Below are positions 10,275 through 21,172 of a DNA stretch of 64,000 nucleotides, in pieces. Within the stretch, counting starts at the first letter, position 1, and each line of letters starts with the position of its first letter. The notes under the pieces are model-generated. The model made no database searches, was not told where the DNA came from, and saw only the letters and a program-made list of their open reading frames with translations. Origin of the DNA: an uncultured delta proteobacterium (lineage in GTDB: Bacteria; Desulfobacterota; RBG-13-43-22); assembly GCA_963790475.1 (NCBI GenBank), contig CAWBOS010000010.1:256001-320000 (forward strand), in the 5' to 3' direction. A program made the translations under genes and the position numbers.

Positions 10275-11699
10275 ATGAACAAGACGGAAAAAAAGAAAAC
10301 CCCCGGTCTTCCGCCTAAAATGGAAAAGGTTATCAGGGAGTCCGAATTGTTCGGGCCCGGGGCCAGGATTATCATTGGCGTCTCCGGGGGACCGGATTCC
10401 ATGGCCCTGCTTTCCCTGTTGGTCGAACTGCGACCCCATTGGGATGTGGACTTGTTGGTCCTCCACTGCCACCACGGTCTCCGGGCCGCGGCCGATGAAG
10501 AAGAGGCCCTGGTAAAGGTTTGGGCAAAAAAATGGGGCTGCCCTTTTTTAAGCCGAAAACTCACGGTCAAAGATTTTCAAAGGGAAAGCGGGATGTCCCT
10601 CCAGGAGGCGGCCCGGGAACTCCGGTACCGGACCTTCCTGGAATTGGCCGAGGTCAAGAAGGCGGACCGGGTGGCCCTGGCCCATACGGCCAATGACCAG
10701 GCCGAGGAAGTTCTTATCGGATTGATCCGGGGCGCAGGTTTGGGGGGTCTGGCCGGGATCCCCGTTAAAAGGGGACCTTTCATCCGGCCCCTGATCCGGA
10801 TTTATCGAACCGAAATCTTGAATTATTTGACCCTAAAAACTATTCCCTTCAAAGAGGACCTTTCCAATCGAGATTTTCGTTATCTGCGGGCCCGGGTCAG
10901 ACACCATCTGCTGCCGGAACTAAAAAAATATTCACCCAATATTTTGGCCCAATTAAACCAAACGGCCGGGCTGCTACAGAAAGACGAGGAATACCTCCAG
11001 GAAAAAGTCGATCAACTTTCAGAGACTGTTTTTTCCTATTCCGGCCAGGGGCCCTCTCTCCGTCGTTCCAGCCTGGCCGATCTTCCCCAGGCCTTGAGTT
11101 CCAGGTTGATTCAGAAGGCTGTTTTAAACAGTATCGGGAAGTTAAGACATATCCGGGCCGTCCATATCCTGTCGATCATAGCGGCTGCTCAAAGCAGCCG
11201 AAGTCGGGGCCGGATCATCCTGCCGGAGGGCTGGTCAGCCCAGTGGGACCGGGATATTTTTCGTATTGCCCCGACCCTCTCCGAACCTGATCCTACAAAA
11301 TCTTTTGCCTACGAAATTGACAAGGTTCAGGAGGTTTTGATCCGGGAAACAGGGGAAAGGATATTATTCAAGAAGATCAGGGTGCCTTGGGAATCCCTTC
11401 TGGTATTGAAAGATAAGAACCCGGTCCGGGTGGATTTTGATAAGCTCTCCTGGCCCTTGACGATTAGAAACCTGCGCCCGGGCGATCGTTTCCAACCTTT
11501 GGGCATGAAAGGATCGAAAAAGGTCAGCCGGTTCTTTATTGACCGGAAAATCCCCAAAACATTGCGCTCCCGTATCCCGCTGGTTTTGTCCGGAGGGGAA
11601 ATCGTCTGGATAGCCGGGATGGAAATTGGACAGGATTTTTGTCTGGACCATAAATCCTCCCGGGCATTGGAAATGAAATACCTTTCCAAACCTTTTTGA
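10275..11699 (+). CDS. tilS: tRNA(Ile)-lysidine synthetase
   Basis: PP-loop VSGGPDS, HHGLR, ARELRY, AHTANDQAE, TilS C-terminal RPGDRFQPLGMKGSKK; upstream of ftsH. Confidence 0.95.
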   Translation: MNKTEKKKTPGLPPKMEKVIRESELFGPGARIIIGVSGGPDSMALLSLLVELRPHWDVDLLVLHCHHGLRAAADEEEALVKVWAKKWGCPFLSRKLTVKDFQRESGMSLQEAARELRYRTFLELAEVKKADRVALAHTANDQAEEVLIGLIRGAGLGGLAGIPVKRGPFIRPLIRIYRTEILNYLTLKTIPFKEDLSNRDFRYLRARVRHHLLPELKKYSPNILAQLNQTAGLLQKDEEYLQEKVDQLSETVFSYSGQGPSLRRSSLADLPQALSSRLIQKAVLNSIGKLRHIRAVHILSIIAAAQSSRSRGRIILPEGWSAQWDRDIFRIAPTLSEPDPTKSFAYEIDKVQEVLIRETGERILFKKIRVPWESLLVLKDKNPVRVDFDKLSWPLTIRNLRPGDRFQPLGMKGSKKVSRFFIDRKIPKTLRSRIPLVLSGGEIVWIAGMEIGQDFCLDHKSSRALEMKYLSKPF

Positions 11700-11704
11700 A
11701 AATT

Positions 11705-11795
11705 AAGAATCCAGGAGCCAGAATTCAGAATGGGGTTGAATCGATAGAAAGATTTAGGTTTTTTCTGGATTCTGGATTCTGATTTCTGGATTCTT
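11705..11795. repeat. inverted pair of heptamer arrays (CCAGAAT / ATTCTGG)
   Basis: aagaatccaggagccagaattcagaat ... ttctggattctggattctgatttctggattctt. Confidence 0.65.
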
Positions 11796-11966
11796 AGCGT
11801 CGCAGAAAATTACGGCCTGCTCATAAAATTGTGAGAGATAAATCTCTGCTTAAGAGTGTAATAATCCTAATAAAGAATTCCGGTAAAAAAGCTTTGAATT
11901 TCAAAGCATTTTGTGATATTTTGAATAAATCTGTTATATCTGGAATAAGATTTTAGGAGTGGAGCA

Positions 11967-13808
11967 TTGAATCCTTTTTACAAGAATTTAGCCATGTGGG
12001 TGGTCATCAGCTTAGTCATGATCGCCCTGTTCAATTTGTTTAATAAACCGCAAACCGCCAAAGAATCTTTGAGCTATACCGATTTTCTGAGCATGGTTGA
12101 AAAGGGGGAGATCCTGAGTGTGACCATTCAGGGGGACGACATCCAGGGGTTTTTGACCGGCGGGAAAAAATTCAAGACCTTTGCCCCCAGGGATTCGGAC
12201 CTTATCAAGACTTTACGGACCTATAATGTCCGCATCACAGCCAAACCCATAGATGATTCCCCCTGGTATATGACCATTTTGATTTCCTGGTTCCCTATGC
12301 TCCTTCTGGTGGGGGTCTGGATTTTTTTTATGCGCCAGATGCAAAGCGGCGGGGGCAAGGCCATGGCCTTCGGCAAAAGCCGGGCCAGGCTTCAGTCCGA
12401 CCAGGGACCCAAGGTTACCTTCAGCGACGTAGCCGGGATTGAAGAGGCCAAGGAGGAGCTCCGAGAAATCATCGATTTCTTAAAAGACCCCAAAAAATTT
12501 ACCCGCCTGGGAGGGCGTATCCCCAAGGGGGTGCTGTTAATGGGGTCCCCCGGAACAGGCAAGACTTTACTGGCCAAGGCCATTGCCGGGGAGGCCGGAG
12601 TGCCTTTTTTCAGTATCAGCGGATCTGATTTTGTGGAGATGTTTGTCGGGGTTGGGGCCTCCCGGGTCCGGGACCTTTTTATTCAAGGCAAGCGCAACGC
12701 CCCTTGTATCATTTTTATCGATGAAATCGATGCCGTGGGGCGTCACCGGGGCGCAGGTTTAGGCGGCGGTCATGATGAGCGGGAGCAGACCTTAAACCAG
12801 TTGTTGGTGGAGATGGACGGTTTTGAATCCAACGAAGGGGTGATCCTGATTTCGGCCACCAACCGCCCGGACGTCCTGGACCCGGCCCTGTTGCGATCAG
12901 GACGATTTGACCGCCAGGTGGTTGTTCCGATCCCGGATATAAAAGGACGGGAAGAAATCCTGAAGGTCCATACCCGGAAAACCCCTCTAACTCCAGGCGT
13001 TAATTTAAGTGTCCTGGCACGTGGGACCCCGGGATTTTCCGGGGCTGACCTGGAAAACCTGGTCAATGAAGCGGCTTTACTCGCTGCCCGGCTGGGAAGA
13101 GATTTAATTGATATGGACGACTTTGAAACCGCCAAAGATAAGGTCATGATGGGTACCGAACGGCGCAGCATGATTATCAGTGAAGAGGAACGTAAAAATA
13201 CGGCCTATCACGAGGCCGGACATACCCTGGTGGCCAGACTGTTGCCGGGAACCGATCCCATTCACAAGGTGACCATTATTCCCCGGGGACGGGCCCTGGG
13301 ACTGACTCAACAGTTACCTATCGATGAGAAACATACCTATCCTCGGGATTTCCTGATGAATAATCTGGTCATTTTTTTAGGGGGCCGGGTGGCGGAGGAA
13401 CTGATCCTGAAACAAATTACCACCGGGGCCGGCAATGACCTGGAAAGGGCCACGGAACTGGCCCGGAAGATGATTTGCGAGTGGGGAATGAGCTCCGAGC
13501 TGGGTCCCCTGACTTTCGGTAAGAAGGAAGAGCAGATTTTCCTGGGCCGGGAGATAGCCCAGCATCGGGATTACAGCGAAGAAACAGCCCGCAAAATAGA
13601 CCTGGAAGTGAAACACCTGATTCTCGATGCCTATCAGAAGGCCCAGGATTTATTGAGGGAAAATCTGGAGATACTGCATCGTCTGGCCCAATTACTTCTG
13701 GAAAAAGAGACTCTGGATGGAGATACCATTGATGCCATCATCCAAGGAAAGGAAGTAACGAGAGGTTCCGACCAGAGCGGGAAGGAAGCGACCTTAAAAG
13801 AAAGCTGA
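11967..13808 (+). CDS. ftsH: ATP-dependent zinc metalloprotease FtsH
   Basis: Two TMs, [20 protein letters not shown] zinc motif; TTG start with AGGAG. Confidence 0.98.
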   Translation: MNPFYKNLAMWVVISLVMIALFNLFNKPQTAKESLSYTDFLSMVEKGEILSVTIQGDDIQGFLTGGKKFKTFAPRDSDLIKTLRTYNVRITAKPIDDSPWYMTILISWFPMLLLVGVWIFFMRQMQSGGGKAMAFGKSRARLQSDQGPKVTFSDVAGIEEAKEELREIIDFLKDPKKFTRLGGRIPKGVLLMGSPGTGKTLLAKAIAGEAGVPFFSISGSDFVEMFVGVGASRVRDLFIQGKRNAPCIIFIDEIDAVGRHRGAGLGGGHDEREQTLNQLLVEMDGFESNEGVILISATNRPDVLDPALLRSGRFDRQVVVPIPDIKGREEILKVHTRKTPLTPGVNLSVLARGTPGFSGADLENLVNEAALLAARLGRDLIDMDDFETAKDKVMMGTERRSMIISEEERKNTAYHEAGHTLVARLLPGTDPIHKVTIIPRGRALGLTQQLPIDEKHTYPRDFLMNNLVIFLGGRVAEELILKQITTGAGNDLERATELARKMICEWGMSSELGPLTFGKKEEQIFLGREIAQHRDYSEETARKIDLEVKHLILDAYQKAQDLLRENLEILHRLAQLLLEKETLDGDTIDAIIQGKEVTRGSDQSGKEATLKES

Positions 13809-13851
13809 TAGCTGATAGCTGATAGCTGATAGCTGATAGCTGATAGCTGAT
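13803..13851. repeat. perfect tandem repeat (AGCTGAT)x7
   Basis: Seven exact copies counted; the first contains the ftsH TGA stop. Confidence 0.97.
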
Positions 13852-13945
13852 AGAAATTTTGTTTCTTTTGAATTTTGTCAATTGAAAATTTGGGGGAATC
13901 TGATTTTCCTTCAGCTTCGAACTTTGAACTGAAGAAAAAGAATTA

Positions 13946-14809
13946 TTGATGGTTCTTCGAAATACCTATGAATTGAAATGTGACCGATTTCGCCTTTCAT
14001 TAGGGAAAAAAACCTTGACCATGGGGGTCTTGAATATAACCCCCGATTCCTTTTCCGACGGCGGATTGTTTTTTCAAAGGGATAAAGCCATTGCCCAGGG
14101 GGAGGCCCTGGCCGCCCAGGGGGCCGATCTGCTGGATATCGGGGGGGAATCGACCAGGCCTTTTTCCGATCCGATTTCAACCCAAGAAGAGATTCAAAGA
14201 ATCGTTCCAGTTATCCGGGAATTGGGCAAAAGAATTTCCATTCCCCTTTCGGTGGATACCTATAAGGCCGAAGTGGCCAAAGCCGCCCTGGATGCCGGGG
14301 CCGGCCTGGTTAATGATATTTCGGCCCTGAACTTTGATTCCGATTTGGCAAAGGTCATTGCCGAATACCGGGTCCCGGTGATTCTCATGCACATGCAGGG
14401 CACCCCGCGAGATATGCAAGTCAATCCTCAATATAAACGTCTCCTGGAGGACATTTACCAATTTTTTGTGGAAAGGATCGCATTGGCCCAAAGTCAGGGA
14501 ATATCCAGGGACCATATTCTACTCGATCCGGGAATCGGATTCGGGAAGACCTTTTCCCAAAACTTGACCCTGATAAAACGATTGGATTATTTCCAAAACC
14601 TGGATCAGCCGTTGGTCCTGGGGACCTCCCGAAAGGCCTTTATCGGCAAAATAACCGGCCAGGAACCTATGAACCGGGATTGGGGCACAGCGGCAACCTT
14701 GGCCATCGGCGTCTGGCAGGGGGCCCATATGGTCCGGGTACATAATGTGGCTGCCGCCAAACAGGTTATGGCCGTGGTGGATGCCCTGGCTGAGGGTGCT
14801 GACGAATGA
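13946..14809 (+). CDS. folP: dihydropteroate synthase
   Basis: MGVLNITPDSFSDGG, DIGGESTRP, LMHMQG, DPGIGFGKT, SRK, RVH. Confidence 0.97.
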   Translation: MMVLRNTYELKCDRFRLSLGKKTLTMGVLNITPDSFSDGGLFFQRDKAIAQGEALAAQGADLLDIGGESTRPFSDPISTQEEIQRIVPVIRELGKRISIPLSVDTYKAEVAKAALDAGAGLVNDISALNFDSDLAKVIAEYRVPVILMHMQGTPRDMQVNPQYKRLLEDIYQFFVERIALAQSQGISRDHILLDPGIGFGKTFSQNLTLIKRLDYFQNLDQPLVLGTSRKAFIGKITGQEPMNRDWGTAATLAIGVWQGAHMVRVHNVAAAKQVMAVVDALAEGADE

Positions 14810-15627
14810 ACGGGTTCGGGTTCTTATTTCAACATATACGCTGGCAGGATGTGGTGGACGTCCTGGTAGTCGCTTTTATCATTTATCAGATTTTTTTGCT
14901 GATCAAAGGGACCCGGGCCGTACAAATTTTACTGGGCATGGTGGTTATTTTCGTAGCTTTTTTGATTGCCAGGAAGGTAGAACTGCTCACCCTGCACTGG
15001 ATCTTGAGTAATTTCCTCGGTTCCATCATCCTGGTCATTATTATCCTTTTTAAGTCCGAAATCCGAAGGGTGCTGGCCCAGGTGGGCCGCAGTCCTTTTG
15101 TCAGAACCCCGGCCGAAACCCTTCAAACCATCGAAGAAGTCATCAAGGCGGCCGTTTATCTTTCCAGTCATCTCACTGGGGCCTTGATTGTCTTGGAAAG
15201 ACAGACCGGACTGAACGACCATTTAAGATCCGGAACGGTGATGGATGCCAAGGTCAGTTGGGAATTACTGGTGAGTATCTTCCATCCCCAGTCACCGATG
15301 CATGATGGGGCGGTTATTATCCAGAACAGTAAGATAACGGCGGCCGGCTGTTACCTTCCTCTGACCCGGAATACCCGGGTCAGCAAAAGTTTCGGGTCCC
15401 GACATCGGGCGGCCCTGGGGTTATCGGAAGAAGCGGATTCGGCGGTTGTAGTGGTATCCGAAGAGACCGGGCGTATTTCCGTGGCCATCAACGGCCGGTT
15501 TACACGAGGTCTGGATTCGACCACCCTGAAAAGGGTCTTGCAAACCTTGTTTGCCAAAGAAAACGGGCGCAGGGTCTATTGGTTGTTCGGGCCCCGGAAG
15601 CCTTCACGGCCAAAAGGTGACCGATAA
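14806..15627 (+). CDS. cdaA: diadenylate cyclase CdaA/DacA
   Basis: Three N-terminal TMs; HDGA and RHR catalytic motifs; VSEETG. Confidence 0.95.
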   Translation: MNGFGFLFQHIRWQDVVDVLVVAFIIYQIFLLIKGTRAVQILLGMVVIFVAFLIARKVELLTLHWILSNFLGSIILVIIILFKSEIRRVLAQVGRSPFVRTPAETLQTIEEVIKAAVYLSSHLTGALIVLERQTGLNDHLRSGTVMDAKVSWELLVSIFHPQSPMHDGAVIIQNSKITAAGCYLPLTRNTRVSKSFGSRHRAALGLSEEADSAVVVVSEETGRISVAINGRFTRGLDSTTLKRVLQTLFAKENGRRVYWLFGPRKPSRPKGDR

Positions 15628-16256
15628 TGAAAAATTGGCATTTCAAACTCCTGGCAGTCCTTCTGGCCGTCATCATGTGGTATTTTGTGGTCGGAGAAGA
15701 ACGGGCTGAAGTGGGGTTGACGGTCCCACTGGTACTGATCAATATGCCTCGGGATTTGATCGTGGTCAACAACGTCCCCCATGGAATAGAGATACGGGTC
15801 AACGGGCCGAGAAGCCTGGTTCAATCCCTTTCCACGGAAAATTTGAGCAAAAGCCTGGATCTCTCCAACACCCGGGAAGGAGCGGTTTCCTTTTCGATTT
15901 CTTCCGAAGGGATCCCTTTGCCCCGGGGAGTTAAAATCACCCGGATCAATCCCACTCAGGTGACGGTGGTCCTGCAAAAATTAATGATAAGGAATATTGC
16001 CGTTAATCCCCGGGTGACCGGAAGACCGGACCCGGGCTTTGAGGTGGAATCGGTTCGAGCCCACCCCGAACACGTGGATATCGCCGGACCGGAAGACGTA
16101 GTCAAAAAGATAGAGGGCCTGTATACCAAACCGATCGACATTCAGGGATTGAAGGCTGATTTGAAACAGCGGACTTTTCTGGATTTCCGGAATTATCAGA
16201 TTTATTTGGTCAAAGAGGCACCATTGGAGGTTGAAGTAAAAATAAAGAAGAGGTAA
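15627..16256 (+). CDS. cdaR: CdaR/YbbR-like protein
   Basis: N-terminal TM plus YbbR-like repeats; position between cdaA and glmM. Confidence 0.85.
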   Translation: MKNWHFKLLAVLLAVIMWYFVVGEERAEVGLTVPLVLINMPRDLIVVNNVPHGIEIRVNGPRSLVQSLSTENLSKSLDLSNTREGAVSFSISSEGIPLPRGVKITRINPTQVTVVLQKLMIRNIAVNPRVTGRPDPGFEVESVRAHPEHVDIAGPEDVVKKIEGLYTKPIDIQGLKADLKQRTFLDFRNYQIYLVKEAPLEVEVKIKKR

Positions 16257-16294
16257 CAGTTTAACTTTTTATTAACCGGAAATAAGGAGAAGCG

Positions 16295-17647
16295 ATGCGG
16301 AAACTATTCGGTACCGACGGGATCCGGGGGGTGGCCAATGTTTACCCCATGACGGTAGAAGTGGCCCTGCAGCTCGGAAAAGGTTGCGCCTATATTTTTA
16401 AAGACAAGAACCGGCGCCATAAAATTGTGGTGGGAAAAGATACCCGGTTATCCGGATATATGATAGAAACGGCCATCACGGCCGGGATCTGTTCCATGGG
16501 AGGGGATGTAATCCTGGTCGGGCCCCTGCCGACCCCGGGGATCGCTTTCATAACCACCAGCATGAGGGCTGATGCCGGTATCGTAATTTCCGCTTCTCAT
16601 AATGCTTATCAGGACAACGGGATTAAAATATTTTCCAGTAACGGATTTAAGCTGCCGGACCAGATGGAGGAACGGATCGAGGCCCTCATGTTTTCCGAGG
16701 AGCTTTCTTCCTCCACGGTTACGGCCAATAAGGTCGGAAAGGCCTTCCGCATCGAAGATGCCATCGGCCGTTATATTGTTTTTTTAAAAAATACCTTTCC
16801 CCAGGAATTGACCCTGGATGGGATGCGTATCGTCCTGGACTGTGCCAATGGGGCCACCTACAAGGTCGCCCCCACGGTTTTCGAAGAATTAGGGGCCGAA
16901 GTGACCTTGCTGGGGGCCAAACCCAATGGTGAAAATATCAATAAAAATTGCGGGGCCCTGTATCCCGGGTTGATCAGTGCCATGGTTCGGAAAAAAAAGG
17001 CCGACCTGGGAATCAGTTTTGATGGGGATGGCGACCGGGTGGTTTTTGTGGACGAAAACGGGGAAATCGTCAATGGGGACCAGATAATGGCCATCTGTGC
17101 CAGCCGGATGTTCAAGGAAAGAAGGTTGAAAAAAAGCACTCTGGTTACCACCGTTATGAGCAATATGGGGCTGGAAGTGTCCATGCGGGAGAAGGGTATC
17201 CGCCTTATCCGGACTCAGGTGGGAGACCGCTACGTGGTGGAGGAAATGGTCAAACGGGGCTGCAACTTCGGCGGGGAACAATCGGGTCATTTGATATTCC
17301 TGGATCACAACCCGACCGGAGACGGGATACTGAGTGCCCTGCAACTGCTGGCCATCATGCAGAAGGAAGAAAAGAGCCTTTCCGACTTATCGGATATTAT
17401 GGATCACTATCCGCAGAAGCTGGTCAATGTCCGGATAAAGGAGCGCCGGCGGCTGGAAGAATTTCCGGCCGTAATCCAGCAGATTAGAAAGGTTGAAAGA
17501 AAACTGGGCGAAAAAGGGCGGCTCCTGGTTCGTTTTTCGGGAACGGAACCCCTGGTCCGGGTCATGGTGGAAGGAGAAGATGAAAAAGAAATTCAGGCCC
17601 TGGCTGCAGAAACAGCCCGGGTGATCGAGAGGGAATTCAATGCCTAA
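16295..17647 (+). CDS. glmM: phosphoglucosamine mutase
   Basis: [35 protein letters not shown]. Confidence 0.97.
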   Translation: MRKLFGTDGIRGVANVYPMTVEVALQLGKGCAYIFKDKNRRHKIVVGKDTRLSGYMIETAITAGICSMGGDVILVGPLPTPGIAFITTSMRADAGIVISASHNAYQDNGIKIFSSNGFKLPDQMEERIEALMFSEELSSSTVTANKVGKAFRIEDAIGRYIVFLKNTFPQELTLDGMRIVLDCANGATYKVAPTVFEELGAEVTLLGAKPNGENINKNCGALYPGLISAMVRKKKADLGISFDGDGDRVVFVDENGEIVNGDQIMAICASRMFKERRLKKSTLVTTVMSNMGLEVSMREKGIRLIRTQVGDRYVVEEMVKRGCNFGGEQSGHLIFLDHNPTGDGILSALQLLAIMQKEEKSLSDLSDIMDHYPQKLVNVRIKERRRLEEFPAVIQQIRKVERKLGEKGRLLVRFSGTEPLVRVMVEGEDEKEIQALAAETARVIEREFNA

Positions 17648-18431
17648 GAAAACGAAAGACCTTCTGTTGGTCATTGATGTGGGTAATACCAACATCGTAT
17701 TGGGGGTCTATGATGGGCTGACCCGCCTTTGTGATTGGCGTATCCGTACCGAACGGGATGCCACTATGGATGAATTGGGGATCTCCTTTAAAAATCTTTT
17801 CACCACCAGAGATTTGGCCCTGGAACAGATCGGCCATATGATCATCTCCTGTGTGGTTCCGCCTATGCTCTATACCCTGGAAGAATTCGGTAAACGCTAT
17901 TTTAATCTGCGTCCCTTCTTTGTTGGGCCGGGAATCAAGACCGGTATGCCTATTTTTATTGATAACCCTAAAGAAGTGGGGGCCGACCGCATCGTCAATG
18001 CCGTGGCCGCCTATGAAAAATACCGGACCAATTTGGTCGTAGTGGATTTCGGAACGGCGACCACTTTTGATTATGTTTCCGAAAAGGGAGAATTCATGGG
18101 CGGGGCCATCGCCCCGGGAATCCTGATCTCCTGTGAGGCCCTGTTTCAAAAGGCCTCCAAACTGCCCCGGGTGGAAATCTTTACCCGACCTAAAACCGTC
18201 TTGGCCAAAGATACCATCAGCGCTATGAACGTGGGCATTATTTACGGCTATACCGGGCTGGTGGACGGGTTGGTCCAGCGGTTCATAGACGCCGTAACCC
18301 CCAAACCCAAAGCTATCGCTACCGGCGGACTGGCCCCCCTGATCGCCTCCGAATCCAAAACCATCGAAGCCGTCGAACCTTACCTGACCCTGGAGGGGCT
18401 GCGGATTATTTATGAGCGAAACCGACCGTAA
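17640..18431 (+). CDS. coaX: type III pantothenate kinase
   Basis: [24 protein letters not shown]. Confidence 0.95.
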   Translation: MPKKTKDLLLVIDVGNTNIVLGVYDGLTRLCDWRIRTERDATMDELGISFKNLFTTRDLALEQIGHMIISCVVPPMLYTLEEFGKRYFNLRPFFVGPGIKTGMPIFIDNPKEVGADRIVNAVAAYEKYRTNLVVVDFGTATTFDYVSEKGEFMGGAIAPGILISCEALFQKASKLPRVEIFTRPKTVLAKDTISAMNVGIIYGYTGLVDGLVQRFIDAVTPKPKAIATGGLAPLIASESKTIEAVEPYLTLEGLRIIYERNRP

Positions 18432-18628
18432 TGAGCCAACTACCGGGGAGATAATCTTTTAGGGCAAATAGCCATCAGCTCCCAGCATCGAACTAACCCT
18501 TTTTGCACGATTTTTTTTCTGAAAGCTTAACGCTAATCTCTGACAGCTTGAGCTCTGATGAAAAAGCTAAGGTGGTCGCAAATGGCGACCACCTTGCCAA
18601 GCTTAAATTCTCCGCTTCTCTTCCTTAT

Positions 18629-20170
18629 CCTCATAGTTGCATAATAAAAGTGCATAAAACACCATGAAAATGCTTGAAGGTGGCTCCAGTATTGGCTAAA
18701 GTGAAATTAGCACATCTCAAAAGAACCGATACAGGAGGCCACCTAAGGTGAAGTATAGCAAAAGGAATATTTTTAGTCGAATGTTTAAAATTCCAGCCAT
18801 CAAGTTTGAAAATCAACAATTGACCTCATTTGCCGGGCTAGTTATTTATCAGCCACTGCTCCAGAACCTGAATCTCAAAGCACAACTCAAGAAATGTTTT
18901 GACCATTTAAAAGTTTCCGAGATATTTGGTCATCACCTCATTATGCTTCTTTTGATCTTTCACCTTTTACTGGGTTTCCGTAAGCTGAGGGATCTGGATT
19001 ATTACCAAGATGATCCCTTGATCAAGCGTTTATTAGGGTTAAAAAGGCTGCCAGAGGTCTCAACGGTTTCTCGCGCTTTGCGAACGATTGATATTTCGGC
19101 CATCGAAAAAGTTCGGGAACTATGCCGGAACCAGGTTATTGCCAGACTGCAAAAGTTGGCTCCTTTTCGTCTGACACTGGATTTTGACGGATCCGTTCTT
19201 TGGACCTGTCAGCGTCGAGCGGAGGGAACCGCTGTGGGGTATAACAAAAAGAAAAAAGGAGCCCGCAGTTATTATCCTTTGTTCTGCACCATTGCCCAAA
19301 CCGGGCAGGTTTTCGATACCCTGTTTCGTTCCGGAAATGTCCACGACTCTAATGGAGCACGGGAATTTATCGAACAATGCCTACGCCTCTTGAAGGAAGC
19401 CCTTCCCGGCGTAATCATAGAAGCCCGACTGGACAGCGCCTTTTTTAACGATAACCTCGTACCGTTTTTAGAAGAACAAGGGGTTGAGTTTACTCTGTCA
19501 GTGCCTTTTGAACGTTTTGCCGAATGGAAACAAATGATCCAGGAGCGAAAACGTTGGAAGCGGCTGGATGACCGATGGTCTTGGTTTGAAACGTTTTGGA
19601 AACCCAAGAAATGGGATAACCGATTTCGTTTCCTGTGCATCCGTCAACGAGTCTCCCTGGCTTTCCGAGGTCCGATTCAACTGGACTTATTCGTTCCTCG
19701 GGAGGAAGGCTACGAATTTAAAGTCATCGTAACCAACAAGCGGGTCAAGGCTAAGAAGGTATTGATGTTCCATAATGGGCGCGCCGACCAGGAAGGACTC
19801 TTTGGAGAATTGAAATCTCAAGCTCAAATGGATTATATCCCTGTTCGTCGCTGGGGCGGAAACCAGCTTTATACGATGGCTGCAATCATGGCCCACAATT
19901 TAACCCGCGAATTACAAATGGCGGCTCGTCCAAGGGAAAGAGGGACGACCGAGAAAAGAGCCCCTCTATGGTGTTTTGAAGAATTAAAAACTTTACGCCA
20001 TCTGATTATTCAAAGAGCAGGGAGATTAACGTTACCCCAAAAGCAACTAACCCTGACGCTTAATGGAAATGAATCAGTCCAAAGAGACTTTTTTGTGTAT
20101 CTGGATGCTTTTAAAAAGGCCGCCTGATCGGTCTTTACAAAATTTGCACTTTTTTTATGCAACATCCGGG
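18629..20170 (+). mobile_element. IS1380-family insertion sequence with terminal inverted repeats and 4-bp target duplication
   Basis: Left end CCtcataGTTGCATAAtAAAAGTGCA; right end (reverse complement) CCcggatGTTGCATAAaAAAAGTGCA; TTAT at 18625-18628 and 20171-20174. Confidence 0.92.
18748..20127 (+). CDS. IS1380-family DDE transposase
   Basis: LTSFAGL, LDFDGS, YYPL, RLDSAF, HNGRADQE..ELK motifs. Confidence 0.92.
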   Translation: MKYSKRNIFSRMFKIPAIKFENQQLTSFAGLVIYQPLLQNLNLKAQLKKCFDHLKVSEIFGHHLIMLLLIFHLLLGFRKLRDLDYYQDDPLIKRLLGLKRLPEVSTVSRALRTIDISAIEKVRELCRNQVIARLQKLAPFRLTLDFDGSVLWTCQRRAEGTAVGYNKKKKGARSYYPLFCTIAQTGQVFDTLFRSGNVHDSNGAREFIEQCLRLLKEALPGVIIEARLDSAFFNDNLVPFLEEQGVEFTLSVPFERFAEWKQMIQERKRWKRLDDRWSWFETFWKPKKWDNRFRFLCIRQRVSLAFRGPIQLDLFVPREEGYEFKVIVTNKRVKAKKVLMFHNGRADQEGLFGELKSQAQMDYIPVRRWGGNQLYTMAAIMAHNLTRELQMAARPRERGTTEKRAPLWCFEELKTLRHLIIQRAGRLTLPQKQLTLTLNGNESVQRDFFVYLDAFKKAA

Positions 20171-20256
20171 TTATGTCTTCACTGAACACGGAGCGCCCAT
20201 GGTTGCCAGCGTGCTTAATACCTCAAAAGCTATAGAAAAAAGAATAGTTTTTATCC

Positions 20257-20285
20257 TTGATATGTATAACGGTATCCATTATAAT
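20257..20285 (+). promoter_or_regulatory. sigma70 promoter of higBA with overlapping inverted-repeat operator
   Basis: TTGATA(20257)-17 nt-TATAAT(20280); IR TATAACGG-tat-CCATTATA at 20265-20283. Confidence 0.7.
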
Positions 20286-20323
20286 TTGAAATATCTATCG
20301 GTGATCCATGGAGGATACAAGGG

Positions 20324-20617
20324 GTGATCAAATCGTTCTTGGACAAGGGAACTGAGGATATTTTTGATCGCAGAGTTTCAATGGAAGCCCGACCTACCTG
20401 TCCAAAGAACATTTGGCGTGTTGCGCAGCGGAAACTTGATCAACTGAATGCGGTGGTTTCCTTGAGTTCCCTTCGCCTTCCTCCTGGAAACCGGTTGGAG
20501 TCACTGAAACAGGATCGGCTGGGGCAGCACAGTATAAGAATCAATGATCAGTTCCGGGTATGCTTTGTTTGGACCGAGAAGGGACCGGAACAAGTTGAAA
20601 TTACAGATTACCACTAA
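20324..20617 (+). CDS. higB: HigB (RelE-family) toxin
   Basis: MIKSF, RKLDQL, LPPGNRLESL, QHSIRINDQFRVCFVW, EITDYH. Confidence 0.92.
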   Translation: MIKSFLDKGTEDIFDRRVSMEARPTCPKNIWRVAQRKLDQLNAVVSLSSLRLPPGNRLESLKQDRLGQHSIRINDQFRVCFVWTEKGPEQVEITDYH

Positions 20618-20635
20618 GGAATAGGGAGGGGTAAG

Positions 20636-20962
20636 ATGTTTCGCATTCCGACCAACAGGCCGCCGACGCATCCCGGCGAGATGCTTATGGAGGAATTTCT
20701 TAAACCGCTGAAAATGACCCAGGTGGAATTGGCGCAAAAACTCGGAGTCTCATATCCGCGCGTTAATGAATTGATCCATAAAAAAAGGGGCGTAACACCG
20801 GACACTGCTCTGCGGCTGGAGCACTTGTTTGGCATGGAGGCCCAGTTTTGGCTTAATCTGCAATTAGCCTGGGACTTATACCAGGTTGCCCATTCTCCCA
20901 TAGAAAAAGAAATTCGAAAAATAAAACTACTGCCTGCACTTGCTCGAGCAGTAAATGAATAA
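20636..20962 (+). CDS. higA: HigA antitoxin (Xre HTH)
   Basis: PTHPGEML.EEFLKPL, RGVTPDTALRL, FWLNLQ..WDL. Confidence 0.93.
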   Translation: MFRIPTNRPPTHPGEMLMEEFLKPLKMTQVELAQKLGVSYPRVNELIHKKRGVTPDTALRLEHLFGMEAQFWLNLQLAWDLYQVAHSPIEKEIRKIKLLPALARAVNE

Positions 20963-21027
20963 AGACTAAATGGACCTGATAGACTAGACAGACCATATGA
21001 CTAGACAGACTAAATAGACCAGAAAGA
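20963..21027. repeat. degenerate 9-mer tandem repeat (AGACTAGAC/AGACTAAAT)
   Basis: agactaaatggacctgatagactagacagaccatatgactagacagactaaatagaccaga. Confidence 0.6.
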
Positions 21028-21131
21028 GTTGACTTTAACTGTTTGTTATGGTTTAAATATTTAATTAATTTTTAGCTTCTTTGATTTCGGAAACCCTAAA
21101 CCCGGAAGGCGGGCCCATGAAGCAGTCCGAT

Positions 21132-21172
21132 AAGACCTCATCTTTTGAAAAAGAAGATGGGGTTTTTGTTTT
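21132..21172 (+). terminator. intrinsic terminator-like hairpin upstream of the helicase operon
   Basis: aagacctcatctt / aagatggggtttt 13-bp stem followed by a T-rich tail. Confidence 0.65.

Larger units (their letters stand above)
18548..20236 (+). pseudogene. ORF6N-domain gene fragment split by the IS1380 element
   Basis: Joining the flanks across the TTAT duplication reads LSSDEKAKVVANGDHLAKLKFSASLPY|VFTEHGAPMVASVLNTSKAIE, matching the ORF6N PYAFTEHG..ASVL pattern. Confidence 0.75.

Noticed and set aside
13803-13851. Tandem repeats as a CRISPR array
   Set aside because: No spacers, unit far too short, no cas genes; no CRISPR array was seen anywhere in the window
14806-17647. c-di-AMP module cdaA-cdaR-glmM in a diderm as a novelty
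   Set aside because: This arrangement is already known in deltaproteobacteria
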